A stretch of DNA of 64,000 nt from Phoronis australis (Eukaryota; Animalia; Phoronida). Under the pieces are notes generated by a model. That model was not told the origin of the DNA. It did no database searches and was given only the letters and a program-made list of their open reading frames with translations. The stretch lies in contig NMRA01000167.1 in assembly GCA_002633005.1 (NCBI GenBank), positions 160,432 through 224,431 on the forward strand. The letters run 5' to 3'. A program made the translations under genes and the position numbers. Shown here in pieces: positions 39,437-51,973 of this stretch. The first letter of the stretch is position 1; the number at the start of each line of letters is the position of its first letter.

Positions 39437-40337
39437 CAGTGGCGGATCTAGGATATCACAAGCGGGGGGGGCCCAACATTTTGTCCGGCTGTAAACATTT
39501 GCGCAAACTGAACCACGATTGTAGATGCGCATAGCACCGAATGGGGGGAGGTCGGGAGGGGGGTTNNNNNNNNNNNNNNNNNNNNNNNNNNNNNNNNNNN
39601 NNNNNNNNNNNNNNNNNNNNNNNNNNNNNNNNNNNNNNNNNNNNNNNNNNNNNNNNNNNNNNNNNNNNNNNNNNNNNNNNNNNNNNNNNNNNNNNNNNNN
39701 NNNNNNNNNNNNNNNNNNNNNNNNNNNNNNNNNNNNNNNNNNNNNNNNNNNNNNNNNNNNNNNNNNNNNNNNNNNNNNNNNNNNNNNNNNNNNNNNNNNN
39801 NNNNNNNNNNNNNNNNNNNNNNNNNNNNNNNNNNNNNNNNNNNNNNNNNNNNNNNNNNNNNNNNNNNNNNNNNNNNNNNNNNNNNNNNNNNNNNNNNNNN
39901 NNNNNNNNNNNNNNNNNNNNNNNNNNNNNNNNNNNNNNNNNNNNNNNNNNNNNNNNNNNNNNNNNNNNNNNNNNNNNNNNNNNNNNNNNNNNNNNNNNNN
40001 NNNNNNNNNNNNNNNNNNNNNNNNNNNNNNNNNNNNNNNNNNNNNNNNNNNNNNNNNNNNNNNNNNNNNNNNNNNNNNNNNNNNNNNNNNNNNNNNNNNN
40101 NNNNNNNNNNNNNNNNNNNNNNNNNNNNNNNNNNNNNNNNNNNNNNNNNNNNNNNNNNNNNNNNNNNNNNNNNNNNNNNNNNNNNNNNNNNCCCCCCCAA
40201 CACTAAAACTGCACACATTTAAATCTTTTTTCATCCGTATAATTTTAATTACCGGGATTAATTAATAAACTCAACATTTCCCTACGCTCTTACTGTTTTA
40301 TTTTTTTTTGCGGCAGCCGGGGGGGGGGAGCCGGGCC
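39437..40337 (-). mobile_element. Reverse copy of the 15513-16498 element spanning an assembly gap
   Basis: Both gap flanks are reverse complements of the ends of the 15.5-16.5 kb copy. Confidence 0.7.
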
Positions 40338-42125
40338 CCCCCCTAAATCCTCCTATGATTCTAAATCCTCACACCAGTTAAAATATCGTATTTCATCATA
40401 CACGAATTTCAAAGATAAAATGTCAAAAGGTTTTTCGAAATCTAGAAGCATGATAAAGTCAGAGATATTTTGTCATTCTGTGAAGTAAAAAATTCAATAT
40501 GTTGATCTCAAATTTTCGCCAATATATCTACCAGCAAGAAGTCCTTATTGATGTACTAAGTATTAGTAACTACATTAATACTTTCGATAATACAAGCCGA
40601 TAACTGGCCTTCACTTCTTCAAGTTCCCTTGCTATATTGGGTATTTGTAATAATTTTCACCAAACCCTGGACTTGAGATGACAAATGACCCTTTCGAAAC
40701 TACAATTAAACCATCTTATCAAGAGATATTAGCCCAAAATATAAAACTCTACCGTGAAACCGTGGCATACGGAGACTTTCCATATTTCATTCTCTTTTAA
40801 ACAGGGTGTACTTTTTCCAATTTCCCCCTGATGATTCTGTAACACATAGTTTGGTACTTTTGAATCCTAATGAACGCTACACGTATCACCCATGTTAATG
40901 TTAACCGATGCATCGCCTGGAGATGAATACAGATAGGTCTTCGTTAACAGGTGTTCAGGTGGACCAACTAAACACAATCTGGACAACCTAACTAGGATGC
41001 CTTGCTCAGTATTTGATCAACGAAGCAAAGTAAGCAAGCATCAACGTTTCGTTTCAGACGCTAATAGTGGGTTCGGCAGCTCATTGACATGTTTGGACTA
41101 TAAGAAATTAGTGAAAATATGACGTACGATAGGATAGACTTTGTTGCAGCACCACAGTGACATACCACTATAACAGCAATTTGACTGGGGGTCACAAGAA
41201 CGCAGACGGTCATTGGTAATGGACACCCTGATGAATTGGGAAACTAAATTTTTAGAGCTCATTTAATCCTGCTCGGGGTTGATGACAATAAAGTATGAGC
41301 GAGGTATCCATAGTTACAGTGGATCGTTACCTTTGTGAAGGCATTTTCTTGTCAATTTTGCGCATTTTCCTCATGGCAGTTCTTCACCTAATAGGTGAAG
41401 ACCAGGGCTTGGAATGACCAATGACAAAAAACGCGGAAACTTTGAAACTTTTACGGCCCAAATCATGCCCGATAACCAGCCTTGAAATGGTCAATGTGAA
41501 AACCTTTCCCCGACAAAAATCGGGACTAAAAAAAAACAAAAAACGTTACCACCATCAGTAGCATGCGTCTGCGTCCTTTAAGCTCGCCCGTCCGCTCCCA
41601 ACCCACACATTTTTGGCTGCAGAGCGGTAGTATTTGTCGCCGCGCTTAACAATAACACGAGACGCCATTGAAAATCCCACCACGCTGTCCCAGTTGCCCC
41701 GGTAATGTTGACAATTTACGTTCCTCCGAAACATAAAGAGCAACTTCCGCTTTTCGAGGTGAACGTCGTCTGCAACGCCGCGGTAAGAAAGGAATCCGAT
41801 TTTTTAAGCGGAAATATTATAAAAAAAGCGGAAAGCACATTTGAAAAAAGCGGAAATCCGCGTTTCCGCGGAAAATTCCAAGATCCTATTTATCAGACCA
41901 TATGGTAGGCAAGTCAAACTGTATTTTGTAAAATTTGTCAACAAAACTAGAGATTAAATTTTTGTTAGTTTATTTGTAGCTCAGTGTGTGTGTATGTCAT
42001 AAAACATTAGGCAAAATTTTGATAATTTTTAGCAAGGAAATCAGCTTTTGAAAAATAGAAAAACTGCACTGAATTTTGGCAATCGTTTTTTGTGCGAAAT
42101 AAATGAAACACTGCCGTACTTTTTT

Positions 42126-43350
42126 ATAAGAGCATCGCGGAGCGTTGACATGAGCTCACGAATGCATCGCAAACGGTGTGCTTCTAAGGGTGTTTATTTG
42201 TGTGATAAAAATGGCCACTAGATGGCGCAAAATACATACGTCGAATCCACCCGAAAACGGTAACATATGAATTCTTTAATAGAAAGCTATTTATTAATTT
42301 TCGTAAAAATCCGTCAAGAAACGATAGAGAAACACGAGGAGAACAGAAAAACCACTGCTAGTGGGTACAGCGTTCGTCGGATCCGTCTGAATTGTTGCCA
42401 TCCATTGCCAACTTCATATAAATAAACCTCTTAAATTCAATAAAGATCTTGTAGTGGGTTTAGGAGATACAGCTATAGACGTCACAGTAGTCGAAGTCCT
42501 TGGAAAATCATCATCAACCGTCCTCTTCACAATGCCAATTTTCACAATCATCCTGATTTGGTTGATAGAGGGGCGGATGCCAAAGACAGATCATAAACAG
42601 TAAAAATGGCCACTAGATGGCAAAAAATTTATGTAATCCATCCGAAAATGGTAACATGTCATGATTTCTTTAATAGAAAGCTAGTTACGAAATTTCATAA
42701 CCCCGAACTTTTGAGAAACAGACGAATACGGAAAAAATTAAAGTGCCACTAGGGGGCACAGCGTTCGTTGGATCCTTCTGTTGTCAACTTCATATAAATA
42801 CATTTGCTAAATTTAATAAAGATCCTGCAGTGGGTTTAGGAGATACAGCTATGGGCACAAAAAAACTGCTGCTAAGAGGCGCCACAGTAGTCCAAAATGA
42901 CGGAAAATCATTGTCAACCGTCCTATTCACACTAAAAACATATATGTCAATTTTCAGAATCATCGTTGGAGTGATAGAGGGGCAGACGCCAAAAATAGAC
43001 TTTAAAACAGTAAAAAATGGCTACTAGGTAGCACAAAATATCTGGAATCCATCCAAAAATGGGAGGATAGCATCATCTCACTAATTGATGTGCCGAATTT
43101 CATGAAAATCCAGTGAGCACTTTTGAAGATACAGAGATAAGCCTAAAAAATAAAGATGACACTAGGGGGCACATCGGTAGTCTGATCCGTCCGAAATTCG
43201 TAGTCATCCCTTGTCAGCCTCATAAAAACATATCTGCCAAATCTCATCAAGATCCTGCAAGGGGTTTAGGAGATACATTTGTGCACGCCCAGGCAGAGAT
43301 GCTGGCAATAATGCACTCAAATGTAAATAAATATGTGGGCACAAAATAAT
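42126..43350 (+). mobile_element. Helentron-like non-autonomous element (HINE) with ~150-bp internal tandem array, copy 1
   Basis: 5' A(T/C)AAGAGCA-x-CGCGGAGCGTTGA; monomers with CCACTAG(A/G)(T/G)GGC; 3' AAATATGTGGGCAC end. Confidence 0.75.
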
Positions 43351-43839
43351 AGCGAAATGTTTGAAAAACAACAGCAGTTCAAACTGGTAATATCAAGCCG
43401 TGAGCAAGTCACATACCTAGGCCTTGTATCTGGCCAACTGAATAAATTTCTGTGTTTCAATCCGATTACTGACATCATTGCTTTATGTAGTACCTTATTT
43501 TTGCCAAATATCTGCAAAACCAGATTTTTAACTAGTAAAAGAATATATTTTATGAATGAAGAAAGCATGTGAACTTTCCTTTTTGGCTTAATACCAATCT
43601 GTTGTTAATTGGTTCAAGTAGCCATGCATTTTTCCAACAATTTGGCAAAAAAGGACGATAAATTCATAGCACAAAAAAGGTATCAAAACATGTTCACCAA
43701 ATTTCACTTGATACGAACTATAAATGTTCTTGTATATAATCTCAAAAATGTCGTTACTGTTTTCTAAAAAATCATTTCATTTTCGTTTGATGTGACTAGA
43801 TTTTTTGATAGCCCATCATGCAAAAGTGGAATGTTTTAA

Positions 43840-44403
43840 GGGCTGTTCCAGTAAAATCTGTATGGGAGGGGGGAAGGCACCTTTTTTTCGCACCCACCAC
43901 CCATATTTTTCATTTATTTCTTCAGCCTACCACCCGTAATTTTTTATAAGTTTGAAATGCAACCACCCGTAATTTTTTTTTGTTCTTGTGGTTGACTGCA
44001 CAGGCGCTTGAGTTTATCNACTTCATATAAATACATTTGCTAAATTTAATAAAGATCCTGCAGTGGGTTTAGGAGATACAGCTATGGGCACAAAAAAACT
44101 GCTGCTAAGAGGCGCCACAGTAGTCCAAAATGACGGAAAATCATTGTCAACCGTCCTATTCACACTGAAAACATATATGTCAATTTTCAGAATCATCGTT
44201 GGAGTGATAGAGGGGCAGACGCCAAAAATAGACTTTAAAACAGTAAAAAATGGCTACTAGGTAGCACAAAATATCTGGAATCCATCCAAAAATGGGAGGA
44301 TAGCATCATCTCACTAATTGAATTTGAGTCAAACGCAACCACCCATAAATTTTTATTTCAGTTGCCTTCCCCCCCTCCCACACAGATTTTGCTGGAACAG
44401 CCC
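43840..44403. mobile_element. PIF/Harbinger (Tourist)-type MITE
   Basis: TIR GGGCTGTTCCAG(T/C)AAAATCTGT(A/G)TGGGAGGGGG with TAA on both sides; interior holds a copy of 42788-43088 starting at a single N. Confidence 0.75.
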
Positions 44404-45285
44404 TAAAAGCAATTCCCCTAATTAAAGTGTTTTGGAGAATAGCGGATAAAAGGAAACATGAGAAAGTTTCATATGAGTACGATCGGCCAGTTTTTAGACT
44501 TGACATACAAGATGTAGCCAAACTCAAGGTCATGGGTTGAGTCCCTCTGGGACACACTGCTAGACCATTGAGATGGGCCTATAGCTCCTCAGATCGGTTT
44601 TAACTATAAAATTAATAAACATAAAAATTGTTCCAGATGATCAGAGCAAGGGGCCCATCTGAGCAGCCTAAACAGGTCTGGTACAATGTTTGACTACCTG
44701 CAATTATTTTTTTATTTATCCTTGACCCAGAAATTGTTGCATAATAGAACTGGGTATGAAAATCAGTGGGCATCTCAGTTTACTAGGCATTTTATGACAC
44801 AATAGCCAATTGCAGAAACAATCATCATAGCTTGAAGTGTAATTACAAGCAAAAACTTGCATTGTCAGTAAACCTTAGGATTGTGTAAAAAGCAACATGA
44901 GTCAGTTGGCATTATTTACGTCATGTTGGTGACGTCTTTCACTAGTCTCATGACATGATTGTTACAGAAAAAAGCTGTGGAAAAAATGGTCTTTCGTACA
45001 TCCAATGTATAAAGTATTTGCCACTTAAATGAGATTACATAAGTGAATGAAAGTGTTTTTCACACGTAAATTCACGACCCTACTGGCATGAGCTAACCAA
45101 ATGGCCGCTGCTGAAGTGATCAGTTGGTGAGGCTGGAATGATGCATTATGGGAGCAAAATAACTATTTCTGATCCATAAACCATGACATCACACAGTAGT
45201 GCCTCGTCAGTCTTGCGTTGCCAAATACGCCCCCTGTCAACCACGGGAGAAATACCAGCACAGGACGAGTCACTTCCTGTTTAAG

Positions 45286-45422
45286 TTACCACCAGTAAGT
45301 CTGGGCGGGTTTTCTTTCATCAGAAATACCCATCTGCTTCATAATGTCCTTTTCAAACGTGTTCAAAACTGGCTCAAATGTTATTTCTGTCAACTCCTTC
45401 TCTTTGGTGTCCTTGTCTTGAT
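45286..45422 (-). CDS. MRPL24: Mitochondrial ribosomal protein L24 (uL24m), last exon
   Basis: ttttttAG|(D)QDKDTKEKELTEITFEPVLNTFEKDIMKQMGISDERKPAQTYWW-stop; matches the MRPL24 C-terminus (KDT...MGI...YW). Confidence 0.92.
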
Positions 45423-45496
45423 CTAAAAAAGACAAACGGTATCAAATACACTCTTTTTGGTTTTCTTAGTACTTGGAACACCAAAAGAGATACTTA

Positions 45497-46563
45497 ACAA
45501 GAGCAACGCGGAGCGTTGAAATGCGCCCACAATTGCACCGCATACGGTATCCTTCTAGGGTTGTTTATTGGTACCATAAAGTGGCCAGTAGAGGGCATAC
45601 TTTGCAAAATGGAAGGCATGGTCATTGTCTCCTCAATAGGCTAGGGGCAAAATGTGAGTAATCTTCATAATACAAGCACATCCTATACACCAGTTGCTTA
45701 AAGCACCACAGAAACATAGAATTAAAAACAAATTTACCAACATACGAGATTAGCACAGCATTAGAATGCCAGAAACAAATTTCTACTTGGAACTTTTCCT
45801 TCACAGTCACGAAGTAACACAAAGTATACACCTGAAGACCTATGAAAATACAGAGGTCAATGTAAAATACTAAAATTGCCACTAGAGGCAAATACTAAAA
45901 TTGCCACTAGAGGCATACCGGTAATCAGAATCATCCTAAAGTCGTCATCGTCCGTTGTCAACATCACATAAATACACTTGCTAAATTTAGTAAAGATCCT
46001 GCAAACGGTTTGGGAGATACAGCCATGGGCGCAAAAAAACAAAACTGCCACTAGGAGGCGCCACAGTAGTCCAAATCGTCTGAAAATCATTGTCAGCTGT
46101 CTTCCTTATAGTAAGCACATACACGCCAATTTTCACAATCATCCTTTGAGCGGTTTGGTTGATAGAGGGGTGGACGCAAAAATACAGACTCGAAAACAGT
46201 AAAAATGGCCACTAGGTGGCGCAAACTACGTCGAATCCATCTGAAAACAGTAGGATAGCGTCATCTCACTAATAGGTGCCTACATACCAAATTTCATGAA
46301 AATCCGTTCAATACTTTTGAAGATACAAAGGTAAGCGTAAAAAACTAAAATTGCCACTAGGGGGCACACCGGTAGTCGGATCCGTCCGAAAGTTCGCACA
46401 TGCCGTCCCATTCATGAATGGAACACATGTGCCAAATTTCATGAACATATGTCAAAGGGTTTTGGAGATAGAGCAGCGGACGCCGGACGCCGCCCGGACG
46501 GACGGACGGACGGAGATGACGGCATAATGCGTCCACATATAAATATGTGGGCGCATAATAAAA
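45497..46563 (+). mobile_element. HINE copy in last MRPL24 intron
   Basis: ACAAGAGCAACGCGGAGCGTTGA start; tandem monomers; (GGAC)n microsatellite at about 46495-46513; 3' hairpin ATGCGTCCACATATAAATATGTGGGCGCAT then A-run. Confidence 0.8.
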
Positions 46564-46604
46564 CCACATGATTGATGTATTCCAACTCTTTATACATCTG
46601 TGTT

Positions 46605-46994
46605 AATGGAACTAGCACGCTAATTCCTCATCTCTGCGATTGCTTGGTCAAATTAGTTAGAAACACAACCTGTAGTGGCGATGTGACTATGAAGTAGGTA
46701 GAAAATTGCCACACGCTTTTAAGAACGAGTTTTGCGGCAAAAATGATTCGCCGTAAATCACTCAACCATGTCCAATAAGTATCAAGACGTGCTGTTGGGG
46801 AAAAACACTGAAGGATGCGGGCTATGTGAGCCCCCAACTTACATCATTAGAGCAAAGGTCACCTGTTCGCAGAATTTTTTGTTTTCACATTTAGAAGTTG
46901 TCAACGAATGACTGCTTTTTGTTTAGAGTAGATGATATTCAAATAGCGTTGTCCTGCTATACATTAGCGTATTTAGGAGCATGCAAATACATCT
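46605..46994. mobile_element. TTAA-type element, copy 2
   Basis: Homologous to 36579-36948. Confidence 0.65.
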
Positions 46995-47049
46995 TTGACA
47001 ACAATTTTCTGCCCATTAGTTGGCAAATGTTATGTTACTGTGGATGTTA

Positions 47050-47680
47050 AGTTGTTTTGTTACGCGACCACACATGTGTGGGTGCATTATGTCATAATCC
47101 CTGTCCATTTGCTGTCCACTGCTGTAACTCTAAAACACTTGGATGGATGTTCATGGAATTTTGCAGAATGTTTCCTTCATGACTGGGATAGCATGGGCAC
47201 ATTTTCAGATGGTTGCAACTACTGGTGTGTCACCTAGAGAATTATTTTTTATGCGTGCATCTGTACTTTCGAAGTTCCTTGATGGATTTTCATGAAATTT
47301 CAATTGGTAAATAGATATCTATTAAGGAGATGAGTCAGCCATTCCCATTTCAGATAGTTTTGATGTATACTATGGTCATTTTTACTGTTTTTGCATCCGC
47401 CTCTCTATTGGCTAAACCACTCAGAGGTTCAATATTTAAACTGGCATACATGTGTTCCTACATGGAAGAGTACGACTGACGGTTATTTATGGACAGTTGT
47501 GACTACTGTGATGAATCCTAGCAGCATTTTTTTTGCATTCGCAGCTGATTCTCTGAAATCCTCTGCGGGATCTTTGTTAAGTTTGGTACATGTATTCTTA
47601 TGAAGGTGACAACATATGGGGGCAACTTAAGGACGGACTCAACTACTGCTGTGCCCCCTAGTGGCAATATTTTATTCGCT
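47050..47680 (-). mobile_element. Diverged, truncated HINE copy in reverse orientation
   Basis: Hairpin GCGACCACACATGTGTGGGTGC at left end; GTGCCCCCTAGTGG at 47651-47664. Confidence 0.65.
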
Positions 47681-47693
47681 ACTGGTTTGTTAC

Positions 47694-47830
47694 CTTTATA
47701 AGTACTGGGTGTGACAAAATCTTCCAGCTCTTCAGCCTCAGGAGGTAGTTCCAGGATGAGTCCAGTTCGAGATGAGACACGTGCCTTTTGACCTTGCTCA
47801 GTATAACGCCATTCAACAGCTGTCGGCTTT
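47694..47830 (-). CDS. MRPL24: MRPL24 exon
   Basis: KPTAVEWRYTEQGQKARVSSRTGLILELPPEAEELEDFVTPSTYK; KPT-x-x-EWR-x-TE-x-G...RVS motif; phases 2-1. Confidence 0.93.
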
Positions 47831-49798
47831 CTGCAAGTTACACAAAACCCCACACTTGTGTAAACCACACTTTACTCCAATTTCAGAAGCGTATTTTCCG
47901 AGGTTTCCAACGTACCCAATCCATTTACCACTAATCATTTTTCGTGAAAAATATTAGAACATCGTGCTAAAAGCTGTTGTAAAGGAAAAATGACCTTTGA
48001 TGATATAGGAAACAAGGCAGATTTGTTGTCCCACTTCCATTGTTGTCATGGCGCTAAGCTCTTCCTGCACAATGGGAATTCGACTGAGGTTTGTAACACC
48101 TTGTGCCTGTTTAATTAGTCTATTGAATGTATGAACTTTTCATAACAAGCAAAATGAGCGTTTCCTGAAATTTTCCAAAACTGTTCTTTGAACTTTAAAC
48201 TTTCTCATTTCGGCAGCTTTACCAAAATGGTAGTTAGTAGAAATTCTAAAATTGGTGTAATTGACATTTTTCCATTTTTCGGACACAGCTCATTTCTGCA
48301 AATGCTCAAAATTTTACCAAACTCTGTTCAGTGACAGCCATGCTGCACAATGCACGTTAAAACCACAGTAAAATACTCTTGACAAATTTGATGACATAAA
48401 ATTTGCCATCTGACATAATGAGAGCAAAACTGAAGAATAAACAATTATCTTTAAAGAAGAACTAAAAAAGACACACCTCCACAAGTCAGGAAGCATAAAC
48501 ATAAATAAATTAAAAGCACTGTCACTAGGTTCGTAGGAGTTGCAAAACCAGTAGCATTTTTTCAGTAGTGGAAATGTTAGAAGTGTCGAGGTGATTTCCA
48601 CCATCAGTTTTCTTTTCACTCGAATCGCTTTTACAAAACTTGATATTACAGTATTTGCACTCACTGAAGCACACTGATTAACAAAATGACATACAAAGCC
48701 TCAACCTTAGGCTCATGTGGTCTGGCTACAGAAATGCTACAAAAATAGTACAGAAAATGCCAACACTTCTGGAGTGTCTCAAACCATCCTCGAAATTGTT
48801 TTAATTATTGATATTTGAGCTACTAGAAAAGTGCTGTGCGAAAAAGCAATTCAGTTTGTGAACAGGGTTTTATTGCTTCGCCTCTCCCTGCATCAGGCAC
48901 TCTATTTATGCCATAGCATTTTATGTCGCATGGGAAACATCAGCAGATCTGGGCTGACATGTGCAAATATCCGAGCTGTGGCCTCAACTCTCTAGCACTG
49001 TGATGGCATGAAAGGGACATTTTCTCAATCCAACTTCAATTTCTGGTGAGCTAGATGGGTTGAGTTGACAAACACAAAGAATTTTGTTCATTCATGGATA
49101 TAGAGTCGTGCAAGTCCCACAGCAAAAAGATGGAAAATTGATGGTATGGTGATCAGTAAGATTAAAAAAAAGGTGTGAAATCTCACTGATTTAAAAATCT
49201 TCATCCAAGTTACAGCTGTGAACAGTAGGTGGCGCTGAACATTGTCCACCAAATTCACTGCTGCCAAATAGAGATGAAGCATATTTCATTACCACTACAT
49301 TGGAAAATGGCTATGTATCTTATGACTTTAATGAAGACTTCAAAAAGCAACTTTTAAAAATTCAAACAGAAGAAAAACAGAAAAGGCAGGCGGCACCTGG
49401 TAGCGAATCGGCAATTCACAACAGGCAGTGAATCGGAAGTGAATAGTGCGAGAATTGGCAGAAATTTGCATTTTGAATTATGGGAGACTAAGAAGAAATA
49501 CAGTTGGCAGTTCCCTAAGACAGCGCCACTGTCATCAAAGTCAGACAATAATTTCCCCTAAATTCATTTCAAATTTCCAGTTGACTTCCAAATGCAGTTT
49601 TCCTTGTGTTCACAATTGTTCCGTTTATTTCGCGAAATTACAACAAGAAGTAAACAGACGGAAGTCGGAACTGTTTGGCAAAAAACGGGAAAGATAGGTG
49701 AAATACCACAGTATGCGATCGTCTGCGTTCCGTGTTCATCGCTAGCGGTTAGAGAGTGAATGTACATTCAAGGGGAGAAAATGGAGACGCACATTTAA

Positions 49799-50168
49799 AG
49801 ATGTTATGTGCATGCCCCAAACTATGCTAATGTACAGGAGGAACTAAATGACATATTCTATGCTAAACAAAGTGAAAACGTGAAGACAAATAAAATTTTT
49901 GCAAATAGGTGTCCTTTGTACTAATCATCAGTACCTCGCGGGCTCACATAGCCCGCATCATGCAGTGTTATTCCCCAGCACCACGTCACGATACTTACTG
50001 GACATGGTTCAGTGATTTGTGGCAGATCATTTTCGCAACAAAACTCGTTCTAAAAACATTTGGCAATTTTCAACCTATTCATAACCGCATCGTCGCTATA
50101 TGTTGTGTTACTAACTAGTGATTGGCCAAGCAATCACAGAGATAAGGAATTAGCTTGCAATTTCCACT
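49799..50168. mobile_element. TTAA-type element, copy 3 (reverse)
   Basis: TTAA|AG...CT|TTAA, 370 bp, reverse complement of 36579-36948. Confidence 0.7.
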
Positions 50169-50316
50169 TTAAGATTCTAGATTCTGAGAATGGGGGACGG
50201 TACAACAGCGCGACCTTTACATTAAATCATTTTGAAAATTTGCCAAAAAAATTGGTTTTGAAATCTTGCCGGTATTCCACGAGAAGAAACTTCATAAGCA
50301 GTTCCACTTCACTTAC

Positions 50317-50423
50317 TCATCAGATGGATCCACAAGAGCGACCTCTGTGGTGACGAGAAGAGGCATTTCTTTCTTGAGACACTGTCCCGGGGTGTCCCGA
50401 TCAATCTGCGCCATTTCATATTC
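50317..50423 (-). CDS. MRPL24: MRPL24 exon
   Basis: ttgtAG|EYEMAQIDRDTPGQCLKKEMPLLVTTEVALVDPSD+GA|GTAAGT; E-x-PL...V-x-LVDP-x-D motif. Confidence 0.92.
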
Positions 50424-51414
50424 CTACAAAGAGACAAAAAAAAAAACAAGAGGATGATGATGTCCCTGAAAGAAGCAGCGGAATATTTTTCAGTTGCACA
50501 AATTGCACAGAAGCTGAGGAGAACATGGGCTTAACTTACTGAGCAGGCGATGGGCCTAGATGAACACCTGCCTTCATAAACAACATTTATGAATTGTTTG
50601 CCAATAAAAAAATCAAGATATGACTGTCCTAGCTAAGACAAGTCTTACGGCCTTTGACAAAATGGAAGTCTGTAATTTTGTCACAGAAGGCAAAATATTC
50701 GATCTTTCAAAGGATTAGCAGTTTCCAAAACGTTTTGACAGTTTCACATTACAATTAGTGCGTGCACTGAAGCAGAATTTCTTGATGGCTTTTTTGACAC
50801 ATACAACCAGCGAGACAGCCATGAACAAAAAACCCCAAGTAACCGCCTTTGCTCAACTAATTATTTCCACTTCTAAGAGAACAATTATCGGTAACCGCTT
50901 GCAAAACGAGCCATCATAAATACCCAATGAATGACGCAAGCTTTAGGTAACAAAATCTCCCTTTTGACTCGCCGATGCTTCTGAACAGGTGAGAAGGATT
51001 CAGTGTTAGAAAGGACATTTATTCCTAAGCGACCGATTAAATAATCTGTCTCTTATTAAATAAAGTTTAAAAAAAACTATTAAATGAGCTGCTAAATAAA
51101 ATTATCACGCTGAACTGAAATGACAGACATTTTGAAGAAACAGTGTCTATAAACCTGCCTTCCATCGCAGAAACAAATTTTGACTTAGAAATCTTACAAA
51201 GCTAATCTCAAATTGTTCCATTATCAAACTTGACATAAATTCAAGACTTCGAAAGAAATGACAGTTCCTTATTGCTCGAGACCACTTCCCATCTGAGTGA
51301 GGAAAAGCCGAGACTAATTTTATAGTCGTTAGTTGTCTAAATCAAAAGTCTGCTTCTTGGACAGAATGCGGGTTTAAGTTACACCCACGTAAAAACGATT
51401 CTGTTGACACTCAC

Positions 51415-51510
51415 GCAGTTGAGTCCTTCCACAAAACACCAGTTACGCTCCTTAATGATCTGCACCACACGTCCTTGCTTTCCCGCATCTTTACCCGCAA
51501 GAATTTCAAC
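51415..51510 (-). CDS. MRPL24: MRPL24 exon (KOW motif); upstream exon(s) not found in window
   Basis: tttcAG|[32 protein letters not shown]|GTGAGT. Confidence 0.94.
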
Positions 51511-51905
51511 CTGAAACGCACAAGTTTGGTGCAAATAAAACAGAGAACACTATGCATTGTACTCGAACTAAATCTGGTCTCCTGGACTACATACCAAACT
51601 ATACTCCTAGCCCCTCGGAGGCATCACGCCTCCTTCAAAGGGAAGATGGTACTAAAGATGCATTACCGGTAAGCTATTTCTACGAGTGCTCCCAGTGTCT
51701 GAGAAATTAGGCGTAACTTTTAAGTCAGCTACAGTACAGGAGACGAATGTAATCAGACAAAATACCATTTACCCCTCATGACGGCAAATTCGAATCTGTC
51801 AACAACAAAAATTATTGATAATAACTGTTATAGATGTAAAATTCTAGTTGCAGAATGGCTTATCCACCTTAGTAACTTTCCCCATACTTCTTATTCATAC
51901 TCAGT

Positions 51906-51973
51906 CACCAGGGGAGACTACCCATCCACCAGGGGAGACTACCCATCCACAAGGGAAGACTGGTCCCATCCAC
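51906..51973. repeat. 21-bp minisatellite, about 3 copies
   Basis: CCAGGGGAGACTACCCATCCA repeated; third unit degenerate. Confidence 0.8.

Noticed and set aside
39410-40265. Long ORFs of 221-274 aa in the track
   Set aside because: They are mostly N-gap. The same applies to ORFs at 1070-1359 and 15345-15707.
44020-44320. Near-exact copy of 42788-43088 inside a MITE
   Set aside because: It begins at an N and differs by about one base, which points to a scaffolding or gap-fill artefact rather than a real insertion.
50454-50518. Possible C/D snoRNA (ATGATGA...CTGA)
   Set aside because: It is on the strand opposite to the host MRPL24 intron, with no terminal stem or recognisable rRNA guide.
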